DNA from: Squalus acanthias
Lineage: Eukaryota
DNA: 64,000 nt
NCBI GenBank assembly: GCA_030390025.1
Contig: JASTWF010000338.1
Coordinates: forward strand, 434,001-498,000
Direction: 5' to 3'
Made by a program: the position numbers and the translations under genes. Below are positions 35,662 through 47,933 of this stretch, piece after piece. The notes beneath the pieces are model-generated. The model saw nothing but the letters and a program-made list of their open reading frames with translations. It was not told the origin of the DNA and did no database searches. Numbering within the stretch: position 1 is the stretch's first letter; each line of letters begins with the position of its first letter.

Positions 35662-36348
35662 CTAGTGTGTCAGCAGGTTGGATAACCGAGTGAATCCCTT
35701 CCCACACATGGAGCAGGTGAACGGTCTCTCCCCAGTGTGAACTCGCTGGTGTATCAGCAGGGTGGATGACTGAGTGAATCCCTTCCCACACTCAGAGCAG
35801 GTGAACGGTCTCTCCCCAGTGTGAACTCGCTGGTGTATCAGCAGGGTGGATGAACACGTGAATCCCTTTCCACACTCAGAGCAAGTGAACGGCCTCTCCC
35901 CGGTGTGAGTGCGTTGGTGTTCAGTGAGGTGATATGATCGCCTGAACCCAGTCCCGCAGTGAGAGCACCTGAACGGTCTCTCGTCAGTGTGAACACGTTG
36001 ATGACACATTAGTTCCCCGGAACTTTTATAGCACTTTCCGCAGTCCGGGCATTTAAAAGGTCTCTCGTCAGTGTGAACGCGCTGGTGTGTCAACAGGTGG
36101 GATGACTGAGTGAATCCCTTCCCACACTCAGAGCAGGTGAACGGCCTCTCCCCAGTGTGAACTCGCTGGTGTGTCAGCAGAGTGGATGACTGAGTGAATC
36201 CCTTCCCACACACGGAGCAGGTGAATGGCCTCTCCCCGGTGTGACTGCGCTGGTGACTCGACAGGCCAGAGGATCGGCTGAAGCCTCGTCCACACACAGA
36301 ACACGTGTACGGTTTCTCCCCGCTCTGAACGGTGCTTTCTGCTTCCAT
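35662..36348 (-). CDS. tandem C2H2 zinc-finger protein, A-type copy 3 (228 aa, 7 full fingers plus a partial one; premature stop)
   Basis: ATG 36348 MEAES; TAG at 35664-35662 (CAG>TAG); two more fingers follow to HK* at ~35480. Confidence 0.75.
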   Translation of the reverse strand: MEAESTVQSGEKPYTCSVCGRGFSRSSGLSSHQRSHTGERPFTCSVCGKGFTQSSTLLTHQRVHTGERPFTCSECGKGFTQSSHLLTHQRVHTDERPFKCPDCGKCYKSSGELMCHQRVHTDERPFRCSHCGTGFRRSYHLTEHQRTHTGERPFTCSECGKGFTCSSTLLIHQRVHTGERPFTCSECGKGFTQSSTLLIHQRVHTGERPFTCSMCGKGFTRLSNLLTH

Positions 36349-37511
36349 GCTCAAAGGTCCTGATGAATCGAGTGACTCTGTCAGATCTTGAAGTGATGTT
36401 TGGTTTGAGTTTCCCGTCTGCAAATCCTCCCCTTCGAACACCCTGCAAAATGAATTTAAAACAGGAAAAAGGGAGGGTGAGAGAGAACCCACAAAAACAC
36501 AAAGGCAGGTTGTGAAATTGAGCTGAATGAATCTGGGAATTTGTGGGGCCGGCACTAGAAAAAAGTGACCATGAAAGCTGCCGGATTGTCGTAAAAACCC
36601 AACTGGTTCACTAATGTCCTTCAGGGAAGGGAACCCGCCACCCGGTCTGGGCCTACACAAGACTCTGGCCTCTATGGAGGAGAGAGAGCGAGGTGGGAGG
36701 GGGAGGGGTGAAGGAGAGCGACCTTATACATCTGCAACTCGACTAGAACTTTGACAGCACCTCCCAAACACGCGACCTCCACCACCTAGAAGGACAAGGG
36801 CAGCAGGTGCATGGGAACACCATCACCTCCCAGTTCCCCTCCAAGTCACACACTATCTTGACTTGGACATATATCGCCGTTCCTACATCGTCGCTGGGTG
36901 AAAATCCTGGAACTCCTCACCTAACAGCATTCTGAGAGTACCTTCACCACACGGACTGCAGAGGTTCAAGAAGAAGGCCCAGCATCACCTTCTCAACGGG
37001 CAACTGGGGACTGGCAATATATGCTGGCCTTGCTCGTGACACCCACATCGAATGAATTTAAAAAATCTGTATTTATAAAATGGATTGAAAGCCTCTACAG
37101 AAATACTTGTTCCTAAAACGATAATCTTTTACACTGTACGGACAGGGTCTGTTTAGCAACTTAATCTCCCCTAGAATCCACCTCCCTTCACAGTCTCACA
37201 TTGGAAATTGTTGGGTCCCACTGGGCTCAGAAGTACTGGGGGTTAAACCCAGCAGCTTCTCCCCCCTCTCCACTCCAGCTCAAACTGATGCAACAAGAAA
37301 GCCCTACACAGGAGGCCAGGGAGCGAGTTCCACATCCACCGCCCACCCTGATGCTAACCGGCTCTGAATTGCTCCCTCTGCTGTATAAATGGAAGTTGTT
37401 GTGTTTCTTGTCTGGGGGAGGTGCTGCACCCGGGGGTTAATGGTGCCGGGGCCCTGGCCGCACGTCCGCCAGCTCTGACTCGGGGCCTGAGACACGCACT
37501 CGGTGTTGCCG

Positions 37512-37782
37512 AGGGAATCCAACCCTGGGACTGTACATGGAGATTCCAACCCTGGGACAGTACATGGGGATTCTAACCCTGGGACTGTAAATGGGGATTC
37601 CAACCCTGGGACTGTACATGGGGATTCCAGCCCAGGGACTGTACATGGGGAATCCAACCCTGAGACTGTACATGGGGATTCTAACCCTGGGACTGTACAT
37701 GGGGATTCCAACCCTGGGACTGTACATGGGGATTCCAGCCCAGGGACTGTACATGGGGAATCCAACCCTGAGACTGGACAGG
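37512..37782 (+). repeat. 27-bp minisatellite, ~10 copies
   Basis: Same unit as 27103-28342, with the same flanks. Confidence 0.95.
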
Positions 37783-37902
37783 GGTCCCCAGCTCTGGGGC
37801 TCTTCTGTTACAATTGTGTGGGATGTTTACCGTATGCTTTGCTGTTACCAGCGCCTTCAGGAGAGATGGTGTGAAATCCGAAGTGTGGAGAGTTTGAATC
37901 AA

Positions 37903-39428
37903 ATACCAGATGGCTTGCATCCCTGGTTGCTAAGGGAATTGTGGAAGGAGATAGTGGAAGGGCTTGCCATAATTTTCCAATCTTCCCCAGTGGCAAATGT
38001 GACACCATTGTTCAAGAAAGGGTGTAAGGAAAATCCTAGTAACTACAGGCCGGTCAGTTTAACATCAGTGGTGGGTAAAGTTTTAGAAACAATAATCAAG
38101 GAAATAAATTAACAGGCATTTGGAGAGGTTTAAGCTAATTAAGGAGAGCCAACACGGGTTTGTAAAAGGCAGATCATGTTTGACTAATCTAATTGAATTT
38201 TTTGATGAAGTAACAGAGAGGATTGATGAAGGGAATGCAATGGATGTTGTCAACATGGATTTTCAGAAGGCGTTTGACAAAGTACCACATAGAAGGATTG
38301 TTAACAAAATTGAGGCTCATGTAATGGGTGGGTCAGTGGCAGCTTGGATAAGGAATTGGCTTAAGGACAGAAAACAGCGAGTTGTGGTAAATGGCTGTTT
38401 TTCAGACTGGAGGATGGTGGACAGTGGTGTTCCCCAAGGGTCAGTGCTGGGGCCACTGCTTTTTTTGATATATATAAATGACCTGGATATTGGAATACAA
38501 AGTAGAATTTCTAAATTTGCCGATGACACCAAACTTGGGGGTGTGGCAAACAGTGATGATGATATCAATCGACTGCAACAGGACATAGAAAGGCTAGCAG
38601 AATGGGCAGACAAGTGGCAGATGGAAATTAATACAGAGAAGTGTGAGGTGATGCATTTTGGCAGAAGGAACAGGGAGAGGCAATATACACTTAATGGCAC
38701 AGTTTTAAAGAGTGTGCAGGGACAGAGGGACCTGGGAGTTAATGTGCATAGGTCCCTGAAGGTGGCGGGCCATATTGAGAGAGTGGTTAACAAAGCATAT
38801 GGGATCTTGGGCTTCATAAACAGAGGTATTGAGTACAAAAGTAGAGAAGTTATGCTGAACCTTTATAAAGCGCTGGTTAGGCCACAACTGGAGTATTGCG
38901 TCCAGTTCTGGTCACCACACTTTAGGAAGGATGTGAAGGCCCTTGAGAGGGTGCAGAGGAGATTTACCAGAATGGTTCTGGGGGTGCGGGATCTTTGTTA
39001 CAAGGACAGGTTGGAGAAGCTGGATTTGTTTTCATTAGAGCAAAGGAGGTTGAGGGGTGATTTGAGAGCGCTGTACAAGATTATGACGGGTTAGGATAGG
39101 CTAGACGGGGAATGGCTGTTCCCACTAGTTGATGGTACAAGGACTAGGGGACACAGATTTAGGTTTTGGGGAAGAGATATAGGGGGATGTGAGGAAAAAC
39201 ATTTTACACAGCGAGTGGTGATGACCTGAAACTCGCTGCCGATGGAAGTGGTGGAAGCGGAAACACTCAATGTTTTCAAGGGTAGACTGGATAGGCACTT
39301 GAGGGAAATAAACTTGCAGGGCTACGGGGATAGAGCAGGGGAATGGGATTGAATGGATTGCTGTACAGAGAGCCAGCATTGACTCGATGGGCCGAATGGC
39401 CTCCGCTGTGCCGTCATGACTGTATAAA
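37903..39428 (+). mobile_element. CR1 RT domain to 3' tail
   Basis: 324-aa RT ORF at 38120-39094 with SGVPQGSVLGP and FADDTKL. Confidence 0.93.
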
Positions 39429-39770
39429 AGGTGCTGACTCTGGCTGGGTTCAGTTCTACACTCACTGGTTCTCCTCTCTCTCCTCCCCTGAAGGTGCTGA
39501 CTCTGGCTGGGTTCAGTTCCACACTCACTGGTTTCCCTCCCTCTCCTCCCCTGAAGGTGCTGACTCTGGCTGGATTCAGTTCCACAGTCACTGGTTCCCC
39601 TCTCCTCCCCTGAAGGTGCTGACTCTGGCTGGGTTCAGTTCACTCACTGGTAACCCTCCCTGTCCTCCCCTGAAGGTGCTGACTCTGGCTGGGTTCAGTT
39701 CACTCACTGGTAACCCTCCCTGTCCTCCCCTGAAGGTGCTGACTCTGGCTGGGTTCAGTTCCACACTCAA
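39429..39770 (-). repeat. 63-bp minisatellite, ~6 copies
   Basis: Reverse complement of the 14526-15415 unit. Confidence 0.95.
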
Positions 39771-39774
39771 GGGG

Positions 39775-40190
39775 ACCCTGAGGCCCTGCCCACGTTTTTT
39801 CCTTTACAAAGATGGCCGTGCGAATCAAGATGGCGAACAAAGACAATGCTTTGCTTTACAAAGATGGCCGCCCTGAGCCTGGGCCTGATACCGGGAAAAA
39901 GCCGCGGAGCTGCAAACGCGGAACCTGTAGGTTCTGATTCGGGGCTTGCGGCCTACACCAGGTGTTTATGAAGCTCACCCGCCGGGTGTGTTACCTCTCT
40001 GCGCCCCGGTGATTCGTAATCGGCGTAAAAACCGCGTCTCCCAACTCGGCCCGCTGCCTGCACTCGCCCGGCTCTGATCACCGTGACACTGCGCATGCTC
40101 CAAATACAGGCGGGCACTGCGCCTGCGCACTGGGCTCCTCCAGCGTGAATGGGGCACATCCTCCCCGCGGGGCATGCTGGGGAACATTGA
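39775..40190 (-). promoter_or_regulatory. ZNF promoter/first-exon cassette (B-type)
   Basis: Inverted paralog of 14095-14450 and 57000-57420; three AAGATGGC (YY1) motifs, GCGCATGC, CGCGGGGCATGCTGGGGAA. Confidence 0.7.
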
Positions 40191-40337
40191 AAGTCCCAAT
40201 TAGTGAATGGAGAATGAGTTTCTGTGAACCCATTGAGAGAGAATTCATCAAAAATTCACACAGAAACCCCAGTGCACCGGCACTCTGCCATGGTTCAGTC
40301 CTGGATGTGATTAAGAACAGAATCCAAACCCCTGCAG

Positions 40338-41048
40338 TCACCTGTGAACTCACTGGAGTCTCAGCAGGTGGGGTGAATTTCTTCCCACACACAGGATATT
40401 GAAACAGCCTCTCTCCAGTATCAATGCGCTGATCGTGCATCAGCTGCTTTGAACTTTGAAAGCTTTTCTCACAGTCAGAGTATTTAAAGCAACTGTTCTC
40501 AATGTGGACACTCGGGAGTGTCAACAGTTGGGACAACGGAGTGAATCCCTTCCCGCACGTGAAGTATCTAAATGGCCTCTCTCTGGTGTGACTGTGCTGG
40601 TGTGTCAGTAAATGGGATGATCGATTGAATCACTTTCCACATACAGAGCAGTGAATGGATTCGCCCTATTACGAACATGTTAGTTTGGGAATAGATGAAA
40701 TAAGTGAGTGATTCTCTTTCCACACTCAGCTGGTGAACAGCCTCTCCCCGGTGTGACTGTTTCGATGAGTTTACACCTCAGACGGGCAACTGAATCCGTT
40801 CCCACATTCCCCACATTTACACTGTTGATTCAGGTGGGCGCACGAGTCTCACAGACTAGACGATTTGTTAAAAGTGGATCCAGGCACAGAACACGTGTTC
40901 TGTTTCTCCCCGCTGTGATTGGTGCTTTTTCTTTCTATATCCAAAGGCCGAATGATATTTAGGTCCTGATAATCCGGTGAATCTGTCAGATCTTGAACCG
41001 ATGTTTGGATTCAGTTTCCATCTGCAGATCCTCCCCTTCTAATACCCT
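40338..41048 (-). pseudogene. decayed C2H2 zinc-finger exon
   Basis: Inverted paralog of 12857-13949 with internal deletions. Confidence 0.8.
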
Positions 41049-41518
41049 CAACTGGTGTTTACAACAGGATAGACCTTCAGAACAGACACATCTAGTTTCT
41101 ATACAACATTCTTGTCCCTGCTGTCCCTCCTAAGCTGTGAATTCCCCATTCTACACACTCTCCCTCCATCCTTACTGTCTAAAATCAACATTCATTACAT
41201 CATCTGGGATTTTGTGTCTCCCCTTCTCTCCAGAAGGAACTGAATCTGGCTGGGTGCTCTTAGTTAACCTCTACATTTTGGTAGGAAGAACGAGGAGAGG
41301 CAATATATACTAAAGGGTACAATTCTAAAGGGGGTGCCTGAACAGAGAGACCTGGAGATATATGTGCACAAATCGTTGAAGGTGGTAGGGCAGGTTGAGA
41401 AAGTGGTTAAAAAAGTATACGGGATCCTGGGCTTCATAAATTAGAGGCACAGAGTACAAAAGCAAGGAAGTTATGATGAACTTTTATAAAACACTGGTCC
41501 GACCTCTCTGGAGTTTAG

Positions 41519-41943
41519 CCAAGTTCCGCACTCATGAGGATGGCCTCAATCGCGATATCGGGTTCATGTCACGATACAGAACGTGACTTGACATCATGGC
41601 CGGTCTTCCCAGGTGTTTTTTTTTTTTAAAAGACTAACACAAGAACACAAATTGACAGGATATGCAGCCAGCAGGTGGTTTGACACGTTGGACCCCCTGG
41701 GACACATCTCATTGTCTTGGCTGTGCTCTTAGTGTGTCTTTGATGTAGGGAAATATTTGAATAGATTTTGTCTGTGTTTAAATTGTGAATTCTGGGAGAT
41801 TCTCTCACTGCTAACTTACCTGAGGAAGGAGCGACAGCTCCGAAAGCTTGTAAAATTAAATAAATCTGTTGGACTATAACCTGGTGTTGTGCGACTTCTC
41901 ATTTTTGTCCACCCCAGTCCAACGCCGGCATCTCCACATCATA
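41519..41943 (+). mobile_element. Penelope-like element 3' tail (family 2)
   Basis: Encodes KFRTHEDGLNRDIGFMSRYRT* (GLNxD end of the GIY-YIG domain); hammerhead motif; AGTTTAG duplicated at 41512-41518 and 41944-41950. Confidence 0.85.
41816..41853 (+). ncRNA. minimal hammerhead ribozyme motif
   Basis: TTAC-CTGAGGA-A-GGAGC gaca GCTCC-GAAAGCTT-GTAA. Confidence 0.8.
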
Positions 41944-43550
41944 AGTTTAGAAGAATGAGAGGTGATCGCATTGAAACATACAAGATTCTGAAGGCATTGA
42001 CAGGGTAGATGCTGAGAGGTTGTTTCCACTGGCTGGAGTGACTAGAACTAGGGGGCATAGTCTCAGGATAAGGGGTAGGCCATTTGAGACCGAGATGAGG
42101 AGGAATTTCTGCACTCAGACGGCTGTGAATCTTTGGAATTCTCTGCCCCAGAGGGCTGTGAATGTTCAGTCTTTGAGTATATTCAAGGCTGAGATAGATA
42201 GATTTTTGGACTCTAGGGGAATCAAGGGATATGGAGATCGGGCGGGAAAGTGGAGTTGAGGTGGATGATCAGCCATGATCTTATTGAATGGCGGAGCAGG
42301 CTCGAGGGGCTGTATGGCCGCATCCTGCTCTTATTTCTTATGTTCTTATGTCCTCAACTGGAGTATTGTATCCAATTCTGGGCACCACACTTTAGGAAGG
42401 ATGTGAAGGCTTTCAAGAGGGTGCGGAAAAGATTTACAAGAGTTGTTCCAGGGATGAGGGACTTCAGTTACATGGATAGACTAGAGAAGCTGGGATTGTT
42501 CTCCTTGGAGCAGAGAAGGTTGAGAGGAGATTTGATAGAGGTGATCAACATCATGAGGGGTCGAGACAGAGTAGAGAGAGAGAGAAGCTGTTCCCACTGA
42601 TGGAAGGGTCGAGAACCAGAGGTCACAGATTTAAGGTGATTGGCAGACGAACCAAAGGTGAAATGAGGAAAAACTTTTTTACGCAGCGAGTGGTTAGGAT
42701 CTGGAATTCACTGCCTGAAAGGGTGGTGGAGGCAGATTCAATCGTGGCTTTCAAAAGGGAATTGGATAAGTACCTGAAGGAAAAATGTTGGCAGGGCTAC
42801 GAGGAAAGGGCGGGAGGAGTAGGACTAGCTGAAGTGCTCTTGCAGAGAGCCGGCATGGGCTCGATGGGCCTCCTGCTGTGCTCTAACGAGTCTCTGATTC
42901 TATGATTCTAGAGCCTCACCATCAGCCGACTCAGTGAGTGTCAGCAGTGACAGCAGTCCAATCCTGCCCTCAATTGACATCCATACACTTCCCAGTTGAT
43001 GTCACTGGGTCTCCATCAAGAGCAGGGGCAGTGGCTGATTCTTACTCTTAGTTAGCCCAGTGGTACTGAGGATAATTATAGCCCCTGAACTGCTGCCTTA
43101 TCAGAGATCAAGTAACAGCCCAGACCAAGGATTGAAGTTGGTACCTTCCTAGTCAGTAGGGCAGAGTGTTTTAAAGTGGAAGGGGGAGAGTGAGAACAGA
43201 ATATTTAGAAATAAATAATTCTCCACCTTTAAACAAAACCTTCGTTACACTGCAAAATTCTGAAGACTTTCAATATTAAACAAGCAAGTCAAATGGATCG
43301 TCAAAAATAGTGAGACATTTTAGAAAGGCTCAAGTCACTGAAACAGACAGGTTTTCAATCACTGCACAGTACAGAAGGGAGCGAATGTTCATGGGAGCTC
43401 TGTTAGTGAAGTCCGCCGACACTCCGAGATAAACGGGTCTGTCGCTTTAACTATAAATATCATGATGTGGAGATGCCGGCGTTGGACTGGGGTGGACAAA
43501 AATGAGAAGTCGCACAACACCAGGTTATAGTCCAACAGATTTATTTAATT

Positions 43551-43588
43551 TTACAAGCTTTCGGAGCTGTCGCTCCTTCGTCAGGTAA
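43551..43588 (-). ncRNA. minimal hammerhead ribozyme motif
   Basis: Reverse complement reads TTAC-CTGACGA-A-GGAGC gaca GCTCC-GAAAGCTT-GTAA. Confidence 0.8.
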
Positions 43589-44075
43589 GTTAGCAATGAG
43601 AGAATCTCCCAGAATTCACAATTTAAACCCAGACAAAATCTATTCACATTATTCGCTACAACAAAGAGCACAGCCAAGACAATGAGATGTGTCCCAGGGG
43701 GTCCAACGTGTCAAACCACCTGCTGGCTGCATATCCTGTCAATTTGTGTTCCTGTGTTAGCCTTTTTAAAAAAAAAACCAAAAAAACTCATGAGGATGGC
43801 CTCAATCGCGATATCGGGTTCATGTCACGATACAGAACGTGACTTGACATCATGGCCGGTCTTCCCAGGTGTTTTTTTTTTTTTGTTTTGTTTTTTAAAA
43901 AGGCTAACACAGGAACACAAATTGACAGGATATGCAGCCAACAGGTGGTTTGACACGTTGGACCCCCTGGGACACATCTCATTGTCTTGGCTGTGCTCTT
44001 TGTTGTAGCGAATAATGTGAATAGATTTTGTCTGTGTTTAAATTGTGAATTCTGGGAGATTCTCTCATTGCTAAC

Positions 44076-44113
44076 TTACCTGACGAAGGAGCGACAGCTC
44101 CGAAAGCTTGTAA
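44076..44113 (+). ncRNA. minimal hammerhead ribozyme motif
   Basis: TTAC-CTGACGA-A-GGAGC gaca GCTCC-GAAAGCTT-GTAA. Confidence 0.8.
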
Positions 44114-44281
44114 AATTAAATAAATCTGTTGGACTATAACCTGGTGTTGTGCGACTTCTCATTTTTAACTATAAATAGGCAGAGAAAGGGGAGTCCCTGT
44201 CCCTTTAAATATCTGCCCCATTCCCCCAGGCAGTGGGAGGAGGAACAGCGCGCGGTCCCTTTATATCCTGACCCAGCGGGC

Positions 44282-45470
44282 CCCGCTCTGTGTGGGGGCG
44301 GGGCCTGTGGAAACCCCTCTGTGTGGGGGCGGGACCTGGGGAACCCGCTCTGTGTGGGGGCGGGGCCTGGGGAACCCCATCTGTGTGGGGGCGGGGCCTG
44401 GGGAACCCGCTCTGTGTGGGGGCGGGACCTGGGGAACCCGCTCTGTGTGGGGGCGGGGCCTGGGGAACCCCATCTGTGTGGGGGCGGGGCCTGGGGAACC
44501 CGCTCTGTGTGGGGGCGGGGCCTGGGGAACCCGCTCTGTGTGGGGGCGGGGCCTGGGGAACCCACTCTGTGTGGGGGCGGGACCTGGGGAACCCGCTCTG
44601 TGTGGGGGCGGGGCCTGGGGAACCCGCTCTGTGTGGGGGCGGGGCCTGGGGAACCCACTCTGTGTGGGGGCGGGACCTGGGGAACCCGCTCTGTGTGGGG
44701 GCGGGGCCTGGGGAACCCCATCTGTGTGGAGGCGGGGCCTGGGGAACCCGCTCTGTGTGGGGGCGGGACCTGGGGAACCCCATCTGTGTGGGGGCGGGAC
44801 CTGGGGAACCCCATCTGTGTGGGGGCGGGGCCTGGGGAACCCGCTCTGTGTGGGGGCGGGACCTGGGGAACCCGCTCTGTGTGGGGGCGGGACCTGGGGA
44901 ACCCGCTCTGTGTGGGGGCGGGGCCTGGGGAACCCCATCTGTGTGGGGGCGGGGCCTGGGGAACCCGCTCTGTGTGGAGGCGGGGCCTGGGGAACCCGCT
45001 CTGTGTGGGGGCGGGACCTGGGGAACCCGCTCTGTGTGGGGGCGAGGCCTGGGGAACCCGCTCTGTGTGGGGGCGGGACCTGGGGAACCCGCTCTGTGTG
45101 GGGGCGAGGCCTGGGGAACCCGCGCTGTGTGGAGCCGGGGTCTGGGGAAGCCGCGCTTTGTGGGGGCGGAGCCTCGGAAACCCGCTCTGTGTGGGGGCGG
45201 GGCCGGTGGCAACCCCTCTGTGTGGGGGCGGGGCCTGGGGAACCCGCTCTGTGTGGGGGCGATGCCTGGGGAACCCGCGCTGTGTGGAGCCGGGGTCTGG
45301 GGAAGCCGCGCTGTGTGGGGGCGGGGCCTGGGGAACCCGCTCTGTGTGGGGGCGGGATCTGGGGAACCAGCCCTGTGTGGGGGCGGGGCCTGGGGACCCA
45401 CTCTGTGTGGGGGCGGGGCCTGGGGAACCCGCTCTGTGTGGGGGCGGGGCCTGGGGAACCCACTCTGTGA
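44282..45470 (+). repeat. 31-bp G-rich minisatellite, ~38 copies
   Basis: Unit GGGGGCGGGGCCTGGGGAACCCGCTCTGTGT. Confidence 0.97.
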
Positions 45471-45471
45471 A

Positions 45472-45610
45472 GGGACCACTTACATTGAGACACCAAATCC
45501 CGGGACAACTTACATTGAGACACCAAATCCAAGGACCACTTCCTCTGAGAGACCAAATCCAGGGACCACTTACATTGTGACATCAAATCCAGGGACCACT
45601 TACACTGAGT
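45472..45610 (+). repeat. 30-bp tandem repeat, ~4.5 copies
   Basis: Unit GGACCACTTACATTGAGACACCAAATCCAG. Confidence 0.9.
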
Positions 45611-46672
45611 CTATAAAATGTGAATCAAAGAGCCTCAGAATGGGGAATGGTCATGGAGGTGAAACCAGCTCCAGTGAGGGTGAAAGGCAGGTAATGGATG
45701 AAGATATGACGTTGGAATCAGATGGTTACTGGTGGGGCCTGGTGATAGGTTATTGTCACAAGCCCTTTTCAGGCAGGCCAATGATTGGATGTAACCAGAA
45801 CAACACCTGGATCCGCCTGTTCTTGTCCCCAAGTCTAATGACCTTGATGTGTTTTTCTGCGGCAAATGTAGAGATGTGAAAGAAGATAGGAAATCAGGCT
45901 CGGGCCAGAAAGAAGGTTCCTGGAATGAACAATTCATGAGGCTGTTTTCTGACTCATCTGCGTGAGGTTAAAACACCATGAAATGAGAGAGAACATGTCC
46001 AGTGACACTGGCGTTGTCAATAGTGGTTTCTATCCCTAATCACTGTCTCATAGCCTAACATCCTAACCCGAACCCCAGCCCCTAAACCCTAACCAATGAT
46101 TACTGACAGGGATCAATGGAGGAGCTAAAGACCTGATAAAGGAAGTATTTGAAACAATTATCTCGAATAAAGAAATAGTTAGTATGTTAGTAAAAAGAGA
46201 TTAAATAAAGAGACCATCAAAATCAGCAATGACAATTACAAAGATCAGAACATTTCAAATGCGATCACATGCAGTCTGTGTGGAGGAGTTTTTACTAAAT
46301 TGGATCCAAAAAGGGTTAAATGATACAGAAAATAACGGATTTCAAATCTTATGCAGGATAGTTCTATAAAGGGGTGGACACTGCAGTTCAGTCTGTGACA
46401 CCCACAAGCCATGTACTCAAACGGAACAAGCTTGGGGTTAGATGTGGTAGAAAGTGAACGAGGTGAGAATCGTTATAATCTAGAGTAAGAAATGCCCCAA
46501 AATGGAACAGTTAGTAACAGAACATCAATGTGTCTCCTCTTATCACAGAGAAATCAAATATTCAATACACTGTACAATAGCAAAATACTGCGGATGCTGG
46601 AAATCTGAAATAACAACAGAAAATGCTGGAAATACTCAGCAGGTCAGGCAGCATCCGTGGAGAGAGAAACAG

Positions 46673-46709
46673 AGTTAACGTTTCAGGTCTGTGACCCTTC
46701 GTCAGAACT
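46673..46709 (-). ncRNA. minimal hammerhead ribozyme motif
   Basis: Reverse complement reads AGTT-CTGACGA-A-GGGTC aca GACCT-GAAACGTT-AACT. Confidence 0.75.
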
Positions 46710-46976
46710 GGAAAAGTTCGAAATGTAACAGATTTTAAGCACATGCTGAGAAAGGGGATGGGGAGGAAAGAACAAAAGGGATGGTCTGTAATTGGGTGGA
46801 AGGCAGGAGTGGTTAAATGTTGCAAATGGGGATGGCAGAATCATCAACAGCTGAAAAAATAGGGGCAGGGGTTATAGTCTGAAATTGTTGAACTCAATGT
46901 TGAGAGGGAGGTAGGTTGGAGTGAGTGAGGGGAGCAGAGAAATTGAGACGGCCGACGTCACGCCAGCAGTTCGCAA

Positions 46977-47128
46977 TGACGGGGGTAGGGTGGGATATGT
47001 GTACTGTGGGGATTAAAGCAGGGACAGGGTATTGGATTTGGATGATCAGCCATGATCGTATTGAATGGCGGAGCAGGCTCGATGGGCCGAATGGCCTACT
47101 CCTGCTCCTAGAATCTATGTTTCTATGA
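46977..47128 (+). mobile_element. 3' part of an HE1-like SINE nested in the Penelope ORF
   Basis: Near-identical to 55255-55402. Confidence 0.85.
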
Positions 47129-47896
47129 AAAGATCTAGAGAGGGTAAGAGGCCAGAGGGAGGGGTCCAGGTAGAGCGTGAATTCTGAAAGCGGGAGAAAG
47201 GGTCCGCTGTGCAGAGGGAAGACTCCTGGCCAAAGAAGTGGGCAGGGAGATAAAGGTGATGGAAAAAGAGCTCAGCGTCATGCCGAGCTCGAAGTTCATT
47301 GAGGTGGGGCATAAGGGAATGAAGCTCAGGCCTTTGCTGAGGACTTATCGTTCGGCGTCAGAGAGGGGAAGGTCAGAGCGGATAGTGAAAACACGGCAGG
47401 GGGTGAGATTGGAAGAAGGGATGGTGTCAGAAGAAAGTGAAGGGGAAGAAGGCTGCGGAGGGGCGTTGGTGTCCAAGAGTTGTTGAAGCTTGCGATCCTT
47501 GACAGCTGAAAGGAAGAAACAAAGTTTTTTATTGAAGCACCAGATGAGGCAAAGGATGAAATGGAACTGTGGACCAGGACAGCTCTGAGATAGAGTGAGT
47601 CGGTGCTGCTGAAGAGAGAGGTCGAGAGTGTTCATGTGGCAACGCATGGCGTTGAGCGTGGATCTCAGGATGCGGCGAGAGCAGTGGTTCAACATTGAGT
47701 TCAACAGTTTCAGACTAGAACCTCTGCCCGTATTTTTTCAGGTAGCAGGTGTTGATGATTCTGCCATCCCCATTTGCAACTTTTAACCACTCCTGCCTTC
47801 CACCCTATCAAAGATCGTCCCTTTTATTCTTTCCTCCCCTCCGCCTTCCCCTGTCTCTGCACCTGCTTAAAATCTGTTACATCTCTAACTTTTTCC

Positions 47897-47933
47897 AGTT
47901 CTGATGAAGGGTCACAGACCTGAAACGTTAACT
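47897..47933 (+). ncRNA. minimal hammerhead ribozyme motif
   Basis: AGTT-CTGATGA-A-GGGTC aca GACCT-GAAACGTT-AACT. Confidence 0.75.

Larger units (their letters stand above)
41275..42908 (+). mobile_element. nested stack: CR1 containing a CR1 3' fragment (41504-42350), itself containing a Penelope tail
   Basis: The host CR1 reads ..LYKTLVR|..|[12 protein letters not shown] across the insert; tail ATTCTATGATTCTA at ~42897-42910. Confidence 0.85.
43460..44163. mobile_element. Penelope family-2 insertion made of two inverted tails
   Basis: Minus copy 43462-~43785 and plus copy 43787-44165; TTTAACTATAAATA duplicated at 43446-43459 and 44164-44177. Confidence 0.88.

Noticed and set aside
44129..45879. 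Gly/Pro-rich, collagen-like ORFs
   Set aside because: 31-bp GC-rich repeat open in all frames, with no Gly-X-Y periodicity
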